Shown: piece by piece, positions 30,281-44,427 of the stretch
Layout of the letters: each line of letters opens with the position of its first letter
Numbering within the stretch: position 1 is the stretch's first letter
DNA from: the human T2T-CHM13v2.0 reference genome, Homo sapiens
DNA length: 64,000 bases
Reading direction: 5' to 3' (one strand)
Assembly: GCF_009914755.1 (NCBI RefSeq)
Contig: NC_060930.1
Position numbers and translations under genes: made by a program
The notes under the pieces: generated by a model
Database searches by the model: none
The model's input: the letters and a program-made list of their open reading frames with translations, nothing else
What the model was told of the DNA's origin: nothing

Positions 30281-33200
30281 TCAAAACAGTGTAATATTGG
30301 CATAAAGACAGAAAAATAGTTCAATAGAATAGAGTTCTGAAATACAGCCAAGTATTGGACAAGTGATTTCCTGCAGAAGTGCAAAGGCAATTCAGTGAAT
30401 AAAGGATTGTCTTTTCAACAAATGGTGCTGAAACAATTGACTATATTTATTCAGAATAATAAGCCTCGATGTATAACTTGTACCATATACAAAAATAACT
30501 TGAAAGTAAACCTAAACTACTGAAACTTTAAGAAGAAAATTTAGGGGAAATTTTTGAAAAATACTTAGGCAAAGGTTTCTTAGACATGACACATCAAAGA
30601 TAAAAGAATAGATTTATAAATGAGATTTCATCAAAATTAGGAAGTGCTGCTCTTTATAAGTTACAGAGAAGAAAATGAAAAGTGAAGACACAAATGGGGA
30701 AAATATTTGCCAATCACGTAAAGAACTTGTACTTAGAATAAATAAAGGACTCTCAAATGGCAAATCAACATATGAAAAGTTGCTCACCATCATTAGTCAT
30801 TAGCAAAGCTCCCTCTCTCAGAATCTCAGCAGAAGTACAATGATTGGCCAGTTCATTCACCACTGGCCCACAAGAATAGACATTCACTGCTGCTGGTAAT
30901 GGAGGGTCTAAAACAATTTGAATGTTGAAGGGATATAACCTCCTCAGCAAGAAGAGCAAAATCATAATATGCTTGGACCATGTAATCCAAAAAAGCAAGG
31001 CAAATTGATTATATAGGACAAGGACTTCCTTTTGAAGAATAAATGAAGACATAAAGAAATTAACAATAAATCTTGATGAGAGTGGCCAAGGTGGGCGACT
31101 AGAAGCAGCTAGTGTGCATGGCTCTCACAGAGAGGAATGGAAGAGGCAAGTAAATACATCTGCAACTGAAATATCCAGGTACTCACATTGGGACTAATCA
31201 AGGAAACAACTTGACCCATGGAGAATGAAGAAAAGCAAAAAAGGACTACAGGCCATCCAGAAGCAACATGGACCCAGGGGAACCTCCCCTGCCCGGGAAA
31301 GTAGTGAGTGAATGTGTGACACCAGAAAACCACGCTTCCCTGATGGAACTTTCCAACCCTCCAGTCAGATCTCCTTGTGAACCTACTCCACTAGGGCCTT
31401 CTGTCTGACAGACAGAGCTATGTGGAGTCTCAGCAAAGCAGCCACTCAGGCATGCATGGAGACCCTGGAGCATTAGCTACTTGAGCTTTCTGGCAAAAGT
31501 AGCTGCAACTCTGGCAAAGTGGGATGTTAGACCCCCATACATACCCATAGGAAAGAGGCTGAATCCAGGAGGCTGAGCAGTGACAGTCAGCAGGCCCCAC
31601 TTCCATGGCATCTCACAAGATGAGACTCACTGGCTTGGAATTCCAGCCAGCCACAAGTAGTGGCATTGTACCTCCCTAAGAAGGAGCTCCCAGGGGGAGA
31701 CCCAGGCTGCCATCTTTGCTGTTTGGGTGCCTGAGACGTTTCAGCTTTCAGGCTTCAGAGAGTCTGAGCCCACTGGGGGTGAAAGGGATCCCTCAGCACA
31801 TCACAGCTGCTCTACCAAAACATAGACTGCTACTTTAAGCAGGTCCCTGATCCACTTCTCCTCACTGGGCAGGACCTCTCAAACTGGGCCTCCAGCAACC
31901 CCTGCCAGTGTTCTCCAGCTGACAGAGAGTTGAGTTCTCCCTGGGACAGTGTTCCCAGAGGGAGAGGCAGGCCACCATCTTTGCTGTTTGGGCAGCTTAG
32001 CTGTTCCAGCCTTTGGGTTTCAGAGTGTCTGGGGAAACTGAGGACTGAAGTAGACTCACAGTACAGCACAGGTACTCTACCAAAATGTGGCCAGACTGCT
32101 TTTTTAAGTAAGTCCCCAATTGCATTCCTCCTCACTGGGTGGGACCCCCCAAACAGGATCTCTACCCACCTCCTACAGGTACCTTTGGGATGGCAACAGG
32201 CCTGTACCTCCCTGGGACAAAGCCAGAGGGAAGGATAGGCTGCCATCTTTGCTGTTTCATAGGTTCACTGGTGATACTTCCAGGTACTGGAAAATCTAAG
32301 GTGACTAGGGACTGGAGTGGGCCCCTAGCATACCACAGCAGCCCTACAGAAAAGTGGAAAGACTGTTATATGGGTGCCCATTCCCCTATCTCCTCACCAG
32401 GCAGGTTCTCCAGGCCTGGACTTCCAGCCATCACCCCCCGGATCCACCAGTAGAGCTATTGAGCCAGTAGCAACTCAGCAACTCCATGGACAGAGCCTCC
32501 AGGGGCAACTGAAAGCCTCCTCTGCCACTGCCTCTGCAGCAGAACTGTCCTTGCCACCCTCAGACTATCAAAGGAGCAAAGACCCAAAGTGCATTATCCA
32601 CACCTCCAACATACTGCAGCCAACCCAAGGAGAAGAAGCCAGTCCATCTCCCACGGGTCCCACGTACCCTCCACCGCTTGACACCAGACAGGAAAACCTT
32701 GGCTGGGGCCCTCAGCACAGACCCTTCATCCTGGGCTGATTGCACTGAGCGATTACTGACCTGCATCTCCCTGAGTTGGAGCCCCCAGGAGACAAGCAAA
32801 CACCCCTTGGCCATAATCATACTAAAGTCTCTTGCTCGCTGCCTCCAAGATGGGGAAGGAACATAAATACTGAGATCACCCCAGAGCTGCAGTGGGCAGC
32901 CCAGGAATTCCAAGTCACAGTCTACAGCCAGCACTCAAGGAGGAAAGGAATCCACACTTTCAGAGCATTGAAAGGGAACGTGGCTGCAACTGAGAGAACA
33001 TAGGGGAGCCACATAACTAAGCAAAAGTCCACCAACTGACCAATAAGTCTAAGCACCACCTGCTGGATCACACCCCAAAGCTTCAACACCAAAAACACCT
33101 CACTAACATACCCCCCTCTGAAACCAGAGACAAGAAGTCAGCTTCAAATAAAGACCCTGCACAAAACCTCAGCCTGTTGAAAACATCCAGAAAAGAAGAA

Positions 33201-33385
33201 GAAGAAAAAAAAACTTCCTGCCCAGGGAAGCAGTAGTGAATGAATGTGTGACCCCAGAATACTACGCTTCTCTGATGGATCTTTGCAACCCTCCAGTCAG
33301 GAGATCTCCTTGTGAACCCACTCCACTAAGGCCTTCAGTCTGTGCTCAATCTATGCTGCAATTAAAGGAACATCCACATGTGGAG

Positions 33386-34400
33386 ATGAGAAAGAACCAA
33401 CACAAGAACTCTGGTAACTCAAATTGCCAGAGTATCCTATGTTCTACAAACGACCTTACCAAATCTCCAACAAGAGTTCTTAACCAGGCTGAACTGGCTA
33501 GAATGAGAGAAATAGAATTCAGAATATGGAGAGGAATAAAGATCATTGAGATTCAGGAGGGCAGCAAAACTCAACCCAAGGAAAATAAGAATCACAATAA
33601 AGTGATACAGGAGCTGAAAGACAAAGCTGGTATAAAAAAGAACCTAACTGTTCTGACAGAGCTGAATAATACAATACAAGAATTTCACAATGCAATCACA
33701 AGTATTAACAGCAGAATAAACCAAGGTGAGGAAAGAATCTCTGAACTTGAAGACTGGTTCTCTGAAATAAGACAGTCAGACAAAAATAAAGCAAAAAGAA
33801 TAAAAAGGAATGAACAAAACCTCCAAGAAGTATGGGATTATGTAAAGAGGCCAAATCTATTAATCACTGGCATCCCTGAAAGAAAGGGGGAGAAAGCAGA
33901 CAATTTAGAAAGCATATTTCAAGATGTTGTCCATGGAAACTTCCCCAGCCTTGCTAGAGAGGCTAACAGTTAAATTCAGGAAAAACAGAGAACTCCCACA
34001 AGATTGTACGCAAGACATTCATCCCCAAGACACGTAATCATCAGATTTTCCAAAGTCGAAGGTAAAGAAAGAATGTTAAAGGCAGCTAGAGAGAAAGGGC
34101 ATGTTACCTACAAAGGGAACCCCATCAGGCTAACAGCTGACCTCTCAGCCAAAACCCTACAAGCCAGAAGAGATTGGGGGCTTATATTCAACATTCTTAA
34201 AAAAAAAAAAAAGTCTTCAACCAAGAATTTCATATCCAGCCAAACTAAGCTTTCTAAGTGAAGGAGAAATAAGATCCTTTTCAGATAAGCAAATGTTGTG
34301 GGAATTCATTACCACCAGACCTGCCTTACAAGAGATCTTGAGAGGAACGCTAAATCTAGAAGGGAAAGACCACTATCAGCAAATACAAAAACACACTTAA
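33386..34400 (+). pseudogene. L1 ORF1 (disrupted)
   Basis: MRKNQHKNSGNS...WDYVKRPNL...PRHVIIRFSKVE; premature TAA at 33971-33973 and a frameshift at the A-run near 34200. Confidence 0.88.
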
Positions 34401-34469
34401 ACACACAGACCAATGTCAGTGTAAAACAACCACACAAACAAGCCAACATAGTAACCAGCTAACATCATA

Positions 34470-37400
34470 ATGACAGGATCAAATTCACACCTGTCAATAC
34501 TAACCTTGAATGTAAATGGGCTAAATGCTCAACTCAAAGGCCCAGAGTGCCAAACTGGATAAAAAAGTAAGACCCAATAGTATGCTGTCTTCAAGAGACC
34601 CATCTCACATGTAATGTCACTCATAAGCTCAAAATATAACGATGTAGGAAAATCTGCCAAGCAAATAGAAAACTGAAAAAAGCAGGGGTTGCAATCCCAA
34701 TTTCAGACAAAACAGATTTAAAACCAGCAAAGATTTAAAAAAAAAAGACAAAGAAGGGCAATACATAATGGTAAAGGGTTCAACTCAATAAGATCTAACT
34801 ATCCTAAATGTATATGCACCCAACACAGGAGCACCCAGATTCATAAACCAAGTTCTTAGAGACTGTATTAGTCAGGGTTCTCTAGAGGGACAGAACTAAT
34901 AGGATAGATATAGAAATAGAGGGGAGTTTATTAAGTATTAACTGACATGATCACAAGGTCCCACAATAGGCCATCTGCAAGCTGAGAAACAAGGAGAGCC
35001 AATCCAAGTCCCAAAACTGAAGAACTTGGAGTACGATGTTCGAGGGCAGGAAGAATCCAGCATGGGAGAAAGATGTATGCTGGGAAGCCAGGCCAGTCTC
35101 ATCTTTTCACATTTTTCTGCCTGCTTTATATTCTAGCCACACTGGCAGCTAACTAGATGGTGCCCACCCAGATTAAAAGCAGGTCTGCCTTTCCCAGCCC
35201 ACTGACTGGAATGTTAATCTCGTTTGGCAACACCCTCACAGACACACTCAGGATCCTTCAATCCAATCAAGTTGACACTCAGTATTAACCATCACAGAGA
35301 CCTACCAAGAGACATAGACTCCTACACAACAATAGTGGGAGACTTCCACACTCCACTGACACTATTAGACAGATCATTGAGGCAGAAAATCAACAAAGAT
35401 ATTCAGGACCTAAACTCAACATTGCACCAAATGGATCCGATAAGCCTTTACACAACTCTCAACCCAAACAAACAAACAAGGAAAAAACAGGATAAACATT
35501 CTTCTAATCATCACCTGGCAAATACTCTAAAATCTACCACAAAATTGGACATAAAACAATCTTCAACAAATGTAAAAGAACTCAACTTATACCAAACACA
35601 CCCTTGGACCACAGTGCAATAAAAATAGAGGTCAAGACTATGAAAATTGCTCAAAATCATGCAATTACATTGAAATTAAACAACATGCTTCTGAATGACT
35701 TTTGGGTAAATAACTAAATTAAGACAGAAATCAAGAAGTTCTTTGAAACTAATGAGAACAAAGATACAACATACCAGAATCTCTCAGACACAGATAAGGC
35801 AATGTTAAGAGGAAAATTCATAGCACTAAATGCCCATATCAAAAATTTAAAATGATCTCAACTTAACAACCTAACATCACAATGAAATAATTAGAGAAGC
35901 AAGAACAGATCAGCAGAAGATGAGAAATAACAAAAATTAGAGCTGAAATGAAGGAAATTGGGACATGAAAAACCATTCAAAATATCAACGAATCCAAGAG
36001 TTTGCTTTTTGAAAAAAAAATAATAAAACAGACCACTAGCTAGACTAATAAAGAAGAAAAGAGAAGAAAACCAAATAAACATGATTAGAAATGACAAAGG
36101 GGATGTGACTACTGACTCTACAGAAAAAAAAAAAAAAAAAACATAAGAAGCTACTTTGAACACCTCTACACACACAAACTAGAAAACCTAGAAAAGATGG
36201 ATTAATTCACGGACATATTCGCCCTCCCAAGACTGAGGCAGGAAAAAATTGATTCCCTGAACAGATCAATAATGAGCTGCAAAACTGAATCAGTAATAAA
36301 TAGCCTAACAACTGAAAAAAGCTTGGGACCTGATGGATTCATAGCCAAATTCTACCAGAGTACAAAAAAGAGCTAGCACCATTCCTACATGCACTATTCC
36401 AAAATATGGAGGAGGAGGGATTCCTCCCCAACTCATTCTATGAGGCCAGCATCATCTTGATACCAAAAACCTGGCAGAGACACAACAACATCAACAAGAA
36501 AAAACTTCAGGTTAACATCCTTAATGAAGATCAATGCAAAAATCCTCAAAAGACACTTGTAAACCGAAATAAGCAATGGTGAAAAGATTCTCTATTCAAT
36601 AAATGGTGCTGGGATAACTGGCTAGCTATATGCAGAAGACTAAAGCTGGAACCCTTCTTTACACCACACGTAAAAGATCAATTCAAGATGGATTACAGAC
36701 TTAAAACTATAAAATCCCTGAAAGACAACCTAGGCAATACCATCCTGGACATAGAAACCGGCAAAGATGTTATGAGAAAGACACCAAAAGCAATCACAAC
36801 AGAAGCAAAAATTGACAAGTGGGATCTAATTAAACTTAAGAGCTACTGCACAGCAAAAGAAACTATCAACAGAGTAAACAGACAACCTACAGAGTGGGAG
36901 AAAACATTTGCAAACTATATGTCTGACAAAGGTCTAATATCCAGCATCTATAAGGAACTTAAATTTATAAGAGAAAAACAACCCCATGAAAAAGTGAGCA
37001 GAGCACTTGAACAGACACTTCTCAAAAGAAGACATACATGTGGCCAACAATCTTATGAAAAAAAGCTGAACATCAGTGATCATTAGAGAAATGTAAATCA
37101 AAACCACAATGAGATACCATCTCACACCAGTCAGAATGGCTACCATTAAAATGTCAAAAAATAACAGATGCTAGCAAGGTTTCAGAGAAAAGGGAACACT
37201 AATACATGGTTGGTGAGAGTGTAAATTAGTTCTAACATTGTGGAAAGCAGTATGGCGATTCCTCAAAGAGCTAAAAGAAGAACTGTCATTAGACCAGCAA
37301 TCCCATTACTGGGTATATACCCAGAGGAATGTAAATCATTCCACCGTAAAGACACATGGCACGTGAATGTTCATTACAGCCCTATTCCCACCAATAGCAA

Positions 37401-37580
37401 AGACATAGAATCAACCTAAATTTCCATCAATGACAGATTGGATAAAGAAAATGTGGTACATTTACACCATGAAATACTATGGAGCCATAAAAAGGAACTA
37501 AATCACGGCTTTTGTGGGAACATGGGTGAAGCTGAAGGCTATTATCCTTAGCAAACTAACACATGAACAGAAAACCAAAT
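34470..37580 (+). pseudogene. L1 ORF2 (disrupted; LTR insertion and RT-core deletion)
   Basis: Starts MTGSNSHLSILTLNVNG; contains IVGDFHTPL and [12 protein letters not shown] segments; multiple stops. Confidence 0.88.
34864..35296 (-). mobile_element. MLT2A1-like (HERV-L) solo LTR
   Basis: tgtattagtcagggttctctagaggg...attaaccatcaca; 433 bp; perfect 5-bp TSD gagac. Confidence 0.9.
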
Positions 37581-38333
37581 ACTGCATGTTCTCACTTATA
37601 AGTGGGAGTTAAATGATAAGAACTTATGAACACAAAGAAGGAAACAACAGACATTGGTGTCTACTTGAGGGGGGAGGCTGGGAGGAGGGAGAGCAGCAGA
37701 AAAGATAACTATTGAATATTGGGCTTAATACCTGAGTGAGGAAATAATATGTACAAGAAACCCACATGCCACGTGTTTGTCTATGTAACAAATCTTCACA
37801 TGTACCCCCAAACCTAAAAGTTTAAAAAATAAATAAATCATAAGGAGAAAATAGAACACAAAATGGACTTTCTGAAAAAAAGTACTTGTAATTTAATTGA
37901 TTTTAACATATTTACCATATAATCATGTATAAACTCAATCATTTAATTAAAATTTAAATATATACATATATAATATATATGTATAATAAGCAATTAAAAA
38001 TTTCAACAGACAAACTAAAAGAGAAGATGGTCAAAGCCGAGAACAGTCTTATTAGTCTGGAAAGAGTCAAAAACACAGAATTAAACAGAGAGAGCTGAAT
38101 AGAATAGAAAGGACAAAGGAAGGGCTGTTTTAAAAACCTGGAAAATATGGAGCCTTTTCAGGGAGCCATCTGAATAAATCATCTCCATTAGTTTCCTTCT
38201 TTCTTCACTTTTCTTGTGCTGCTGATCTAGGGCCCAAACTTGGAAACCACAAGGCTACAGAAGTCAAAGTACCAAAATAGTACAAAGGCTGCCTCTTTGC
38301 CTTGTAAATGTAACTTAGTTTTAATGATACAAA

Positions 38334-38336
<3 letters not shown>

Positions 38337-38370
<34 letters not shown>
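38337..38370. repeat. (CA)17 microsatellite
   Basis: Seen directly in the sequence. Confidence 0.95.
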
Positions 38371-38374
<4 letters not shown>

Positions 38375-41300
38375 TATCCCATACACAAGTAGAAATTTGA
38401 AGATATTTAGAATGAGAAAGATCACAGAAACATCAAATCACCATACCAACCAGCATTTCCCTTTTTTCCAAAAGTGAGGACACAGTACAAGTCTAACATG
38501 AAAGTATTATCCAAGTTTGCAAGATTCCATTACTTTTTAAGTTATCAAAAGCATAAACTGATGCTTATGTATACCCCAGATGTGTCTCCCTGAACAACTT
38601 AAATTTCCAAAAAGTTGTTTTCATAGTGAATTTCTAAAAAAACGAAGGCATATCCTGCCCCCACTTTGATCCTTTTAACTATAGATGCTTTCCTTTTAAA
38701 ATTGTTTATTCCAAATCTTAATAAAAATGGAAAAATAAGATTAAACATTCAGGTAAAAAGAATGTTTTCAAAAAGTGGATTTGTGTGATGTTTTTAGCAT
38801 TATTTACAATAATGCACTAACTACACTATATCCAAATTGTAAAGCCTTACAGCTTGAGGAAGATAAGAGAGATTGGGGAACAGGAGTGGAAGCTCTGTTA
38901 GTGATTTCAGCAGGTAAGCTAATGGAGCAGTGTGCTTCTCTAGTATGAAGGAATCTATTTACTGCCTGTAAATATTTATTTTTAAAATCCTAACATTGTA
39001 AGTCAAAGCCCAGTATTAATATTTCCCAATCCTTTACCTTTGACAGTGTTTATCCAAAGTTTTTTGTACTTAAAAGGATTTTTGCTTATTTGTTTGCAAA
39101 AATCCTTACTTCTTTCATGTCTGATTCTCGATGAGGTGGAATAAACAGCCCTACTTGGCATTCTGGTCAGAAAAAATTTAGGAATTTTTTCTGACTGATT
39201 ACTTGCTTGTTGGGTACAGCTATGAGTTTAAATAAAACTATATACATGTGTCTCACGAGGTGGGGTCTAGGACACCTGCTGATGGCTGGGAAACACCATC
39301 ACAGATCAAATGGCTCACAATGATATAAAGAGCTTCTTTGGAGGGAAGGTCACAAATTATTTGCAGTGAAGATGATGAGAGATTCTGGAAACAATGTCAC
39401 CAACCAAATGTGTACAGAAGGTTTCACAATGAAGGCTGTCGATATTATTGGCCTCACACTGTCATTTACAGTCATCACATCTGTGCTTTTCTGAGAGCTC
39501 TTGAGTGAGCCCACTTATGAGATGTGACTTCCTCAAAGGTGTGACAGGATTCTGTTTTGTGGTCCTTACTAGTCTTTGTAATTCCAGCTTCATCCAGAAT
39601 CTGGCACGCAGTAAAAGCTCACCACATGTTTCTGAGTGAAGGAGAGCTCTGCATTTGATAACTGTAACTCCTTATAAAATTGTTGTTCTCAGGCAAATAA
39701 TATCATAGGAATGCTGCTGTAAATATAAAGAAAGATTTATCCTGAAAGATTCATATATCACAGCTAGACTACCTCTTCAGTATCTATTAATTGAATATCA
39801 GACAAGAGACTCCTTAAGGTCTCTACACTCTCAAAAATTGTGACTCTTGAAACAATTGCCAAAGTTTATTTTCATGGAAAACATCTGCTGTGCCTAAACG
39901 ACTAAACATTTCCAACAGACATAATTTTTATCCAAGGATGCAGGGGAGAGGGGAGGCTTGGATGAAAGAAATTAGCAAACCATTATTCCAACCACTAAGA
40001 TAGAGAGATGGTTGGGCAGAATTAGTTCTGTTTGGAGAAATACCAATGTGTAAAATAATAGCAACTACCTTTTATTGGATGCCTACTAAAAGCCAAGGCA
40101 TTACAGTAGGTGATATGTATACACTATTGAGAATCCTCAGAGCGAATTGCCCCAGATCACAGAGCTAATAAGCAACTGAGTTGCATCCAGGCCCAGGGTC
40201 AGCCAGGCTCCACAGTCTTCCAGTACTTCTCTAGGGGCTGTTCCAGTAAAGCCAAGGTGGAGAGAGGGATCAAGCGAGGTTGCTGAGCAGCAGCAAACGA
40301 AAGGGGGATGGAGGTAGGGTGCTGAGAATGGGTGGAAATGAGACTGGGATACTGAGATGGAGGACTAAGCAAAAACCAGGTATGACAAAGGCATATGACA
40401 AAGAGAAATGACAAAGGCAAGGTTGCTCATGCTAGTTGTTAAAAACCAGTCAAGCTCCTGGGCCAATAGTTTAAATTGCTACTGCAGAACTGGAAACCCC
40501 TCTCATGGGGCTTCTGAGGTTGCAGCCAGGGCATTGCCCCTGGCTTTCTTTTATGGAACCTTTAGAAATTTCTGTGGCCCCTAATGACTCTCATCTTCTT
40601 TGATGGTTCTAAAAGCGCTTAATTTTATAAATACATAAATTTTTATATCTCTATTTCAAAAGGACAATCAGAACAGAAAAGTGTGACTTTGAAGTTGCTG
40701 TGATTTTTTGGTAGTGAGAGCAAACCCTGTTTTTTGTTTGGATGGTTTTTGATTATTTCATTTAAAAATCTATGGTAGGGGGACAAATTCATATACAGGT
40801 TAAATATGCTGAGTAGGTAGATACATTTTTCAATATTGCTTTGATATATATTGAGTGAAAAGTATGACCCTTTTACATATGAGCAGCCTGGATCAAGGCA
40901 AAAATTTGCAATAGGCATAAAGAAATCCAGTAGAGAGCGAGTTGACTGTGGCTTAGAAAAGGTGAGAAACTACTTTTACTGAGTAGAAAAATAGAGTCAT
41001 GCTGGGAAATGTGGGACTTCTATAGTTGAAATTTCTTCTTTTTCTGTCAAACCAAAGGGAAGAGAAAGACAGTTTTGAAAGAGAGAAGCAAAAAATCCCC
41101 CAGGGAAATTACTTCAACAACTAAATTGGGAGAGGTTGAGAAAACAGACAGCTACCACGTTGAGAAAGGCTACTGGGGGTTGTTCATCTTTGATTCCTGT
41201 GAAACTATATTTTTTTACACATAAAATTGACACCTTAAGTAGCATAGATGAAAAAGGAGATGTTCAGTTTTTACAGCGTTAGGAGAAAGAGGAAAAATAT

Positions 41301-41439
41301 TAGGACTGAGAAGAATTAAAGTTAAGACAGAGAATTAATTCATTGTATTTTGCATTTACATTTTACTGCATTTGTTTGCCTTGGCCATAACATACTATGT
41401 AATTCTGTCCTAGCCATAATATACTATTGTAACTTTTAA

Positions 41440-41760
41440 AATTTATTTTCTTTAGTTTTATTGGGGTATAATTGGCAAAAATCATATATATTGTATAATG
41501 CAATGTTTTGATATATGTATACATTGTGAAATGATTATTACAATCAAGCTAATTAATGTGTCTATCACCTCACAGGTTTTTTGTGTGTGTTTTCGTGGCG
41601 AAAATACTTACAATCTAGAAAATTTACATTATTATTAGGTACAGTGACTAGGTCTCCAGAACTTATTCAACTTATAACCGAGAGTTTGTACCCTTTGATT
41701 AATATCTGTTTTTCCCACCCCTTGGCCCCTGGTAACCACACATCTACTTTCTGTTTCTGT
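41440..41760 (-). mobile_element. L1MA/MB 3' end
   Basis: gatatatgtatacattgtgaaatgatt...caatcaagctaattaa...cccctggtaaccac. Confidence 0.8.
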
Positions 41761-42294
41761 AAACTTTATAGTATGTAATTTTAATTCCAAGTTTCAGGGG
41801 AAAAAAAAACACATCAGTGAATGGAAAAGTTCTTTACTGGGCAGGGCCAATGCTTTATATGTCTTCATAGCTCTCCTCTTCTGTTCAGTCAGCTCACAGA
41901 AAATGCTAGATGGGGAAAAATATGTGTTTTTATATGTGTCTGTGTTTTTGGTATTATGAGATCTCAGAGTGGTTTTGGTTTAACTACTCCTCTGGGAGGC
42001 TTATCCATTTGAATTCCAGGGACAGAACCAAGGGCCCAGGGTCCAAGGCAAAAGTCTTCTAGGAGTATGGAGTATGTATTTGCAAATGTATGATACTACT
42101 GGGTGGGGAGAGTGGCCAACTGGAGTTTATATACCCTACTCAAAAGCATTCAATTTCATTTTAGCCTCCAACTTTGTGCTTTCCAATTTTTTCCATTTTA
42201 GGTCTCCAACTTTATGTGTTTAGAGTGGCTCTTGGTGATACTGGTTGAGTGTCTACTACAATCTGGGTGCTGTAGATCCTTTTGATAATGCAAC

Positions 42295-42380
42295 AGAGTA
42301 GGTAACGTGACTTCATTTTACAGATGAAGAAACACACTTACAGAAGCAAAATAACTTGCCAAAAATCATTCAGTTATTAA
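42295..42380 (-). mobile_element. MIR fragment
   Basis: cattttacagatgaagaaac...aataacttgccaa. Confidence 0.6.
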
Positions 42381-42398
42381 ACAAACCATGTTAGATAT

Positions 42399-42770
42399 TG
42401 ATATGGTTTGGCTGTGTCCCAACCCAAATCTCATCTTGAATTGCAATCCGAATTGTAATCCCCATGTGTTGAAGGAGGGACAATGTGGGAGGTGACTAGA
42501 TGATGGGGGCGGCTCCCCCATGCTCTTCTTGTGATGGTGAGTTCTCAGGAGATCTCATGGTTTTATAAGAGGCTTTTCTCCCCTTCACTTGGCACTTCTC
42601 TCTCCCGACATCATGTGAAGAAGCTTGGGTTTGCTTTCCCTTCCACCAAATTCTAAGTTTCCTGAGGCCTTCCCAGCCATGCAGAACTATGAGTCAATTA
42701 AACTGCTTTTCTTTATAAATTACCCAGTCTTAGGTATTTCTTCACAGCAGTATGAGGATGGACATTAGTC
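42399..42770 (+). mobile_element. THE1D/MSTA-like MaLR LTR
   Basis: tgatatggtttggctgtgtccc...ctttataaattacccagtc. Confidence 0.85.
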
Positions 42771-42979
42771 ACAGGTAAGTCTTCTCTTTCTACTTTTACC
42801 AGCCTATTGAGGGCAGTAAGCTTACTGGAGGTAAATGAGGAAACAGATGCTTATGTAATAAATTGCATATTTTAGCCTGTCAAGTGACAGCAATTTCATT
42901 CCATTTTACTTTTTGTACTCTGCAATGATGGTATGTACACAATTTTTTTATTCATTCTTAAAAAAAGTAAGTTTTACAA

Positions 42980-43395
<416 letters not shown>

Positions 43396-43829
43396 CTAGT
43401 CTTTTCAAGACAGCAATGTGAAAAAGGTGGAACACAATGGCTTGTTCTTGGTAATTAAGTGCTCTGACTGCTTCTAAGCTTGAAATAATTGTAATGTGTT
43501 ATACTTGCATTTCATTATTTGGAGTTTTGAAATACAGTTTGAAGAAAATAAGATCATTAAGCAAAAATATAGAGATGATAATAGGCATGATTTACATTAC
43601 AGAAACCTTTTTTTTAGTCTCAAAAATATTTACCCTTTAGGGTTCTTTATGCTTTGAGCTCTCATAATACAACTAAGTGCTTGTTTTTGACTCGTTAGTT
43701 ACTTAACCTAGGGTTAAGGTACAGGAAGACAAGCAATGAAGCAAAGTGAAAAAGGGGTTAAGGTGCATTTCTTAAAGGGTTTGAAGCCCTGATGGTTAAA
43801 GAGCATTATGAAATAAAGTTATCTTAGAA

Positions 43830-43985
43830 ATAGTAACAATAGTAGCTAATAAATATTGAGTTTACCACTTCACAGGCACTATACTAAGCACTTTATACAA
43901 ATTTAGTGCCCTCAATAGTCCCATGAACCGGTTAGTATTATTATCCCAATTTTGCAGATGAGGAAACTGTGGCACAAAGAGAAAA
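43830..43985 (-). mobile_element. MIR
   Basis: tattattatcccaattttgcagatgaggaaactgtggcac. Confidence 0.75.
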
Positions 43986-44427
43986 ACCTCTTGTACTCAA
44001 CAATTTTTAACCCTGGAGTCTCACTTATAATTCTCTTTAACCAAAAGAAAGAAATCGGTCACAAATATTAGAGGTGAAGGTCACTTAGAGATCAGTTTGT
44101 CCATCATTTCTCCAACTGGGTTCCATATGAGAAGATGTGGGATGAATGGATCCCCAAAGAAATCTGAAGATCAATGCGTATTCTGCTCACTCACTTTCTT
44201 GTTCAGCCACAATTTCTGAGTTGTTTGAATTATTTTACAAGTTCATATCACCTTTAAACTCAGAATAAAAGTTGTTTAGCCTTTAAAAAATTGTGAAATG
44301 TGCTAAAAGTGTTTGAAAAAAGTTCTTTCTCATTAACAATCTCCCAAGTTTGTATTTGTCTTTAGCCTACTTGTCTTTGTTCCATCAAGCTCAAACTACC
44401 TTAAGCAAAGTGATTAATGGAACAATT

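Larger units (their letters stand above)
31079..37838 (+). mobile_element. Near full-length, inactive L1PA15-like LINE-1
   Basis: The ~2.3-kb 5'UTR has three ~265-bp repeats (gccatctttgctgttt near 31709, 31974, 32242). ORF1, ORF2 and a 3'UTR with gaacttatgaacacaaagaagg follow. Degenerate TSD aataaatc..a.gag. Confidence 0.9.

Noticed and set aside
31700-32290. Three ~265-bp repeats
   Set aside because: Most likely the inherent modular 5'UTR of older L1PA subfamilies, not locus-specific.
31830-33003. Overlapping 100-138 aa ORFs
   Set aside because: They lie in the GC-richer L1 5'UTR repeats, where stops are rare; no recognisable protein.
33236-37086. L1 ORFs as functional or domesticated genes
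   Set aside because: Premature stops, frameshifts, an LTR insertion and the RT deletion; 35224-35622 is a chance LTR/EN chimera.
42480-42515. DUX4 site in the THE1/MST LTR
   Set aside because: The expected taattgaatca position reads tgactagatga, so it is degraded.
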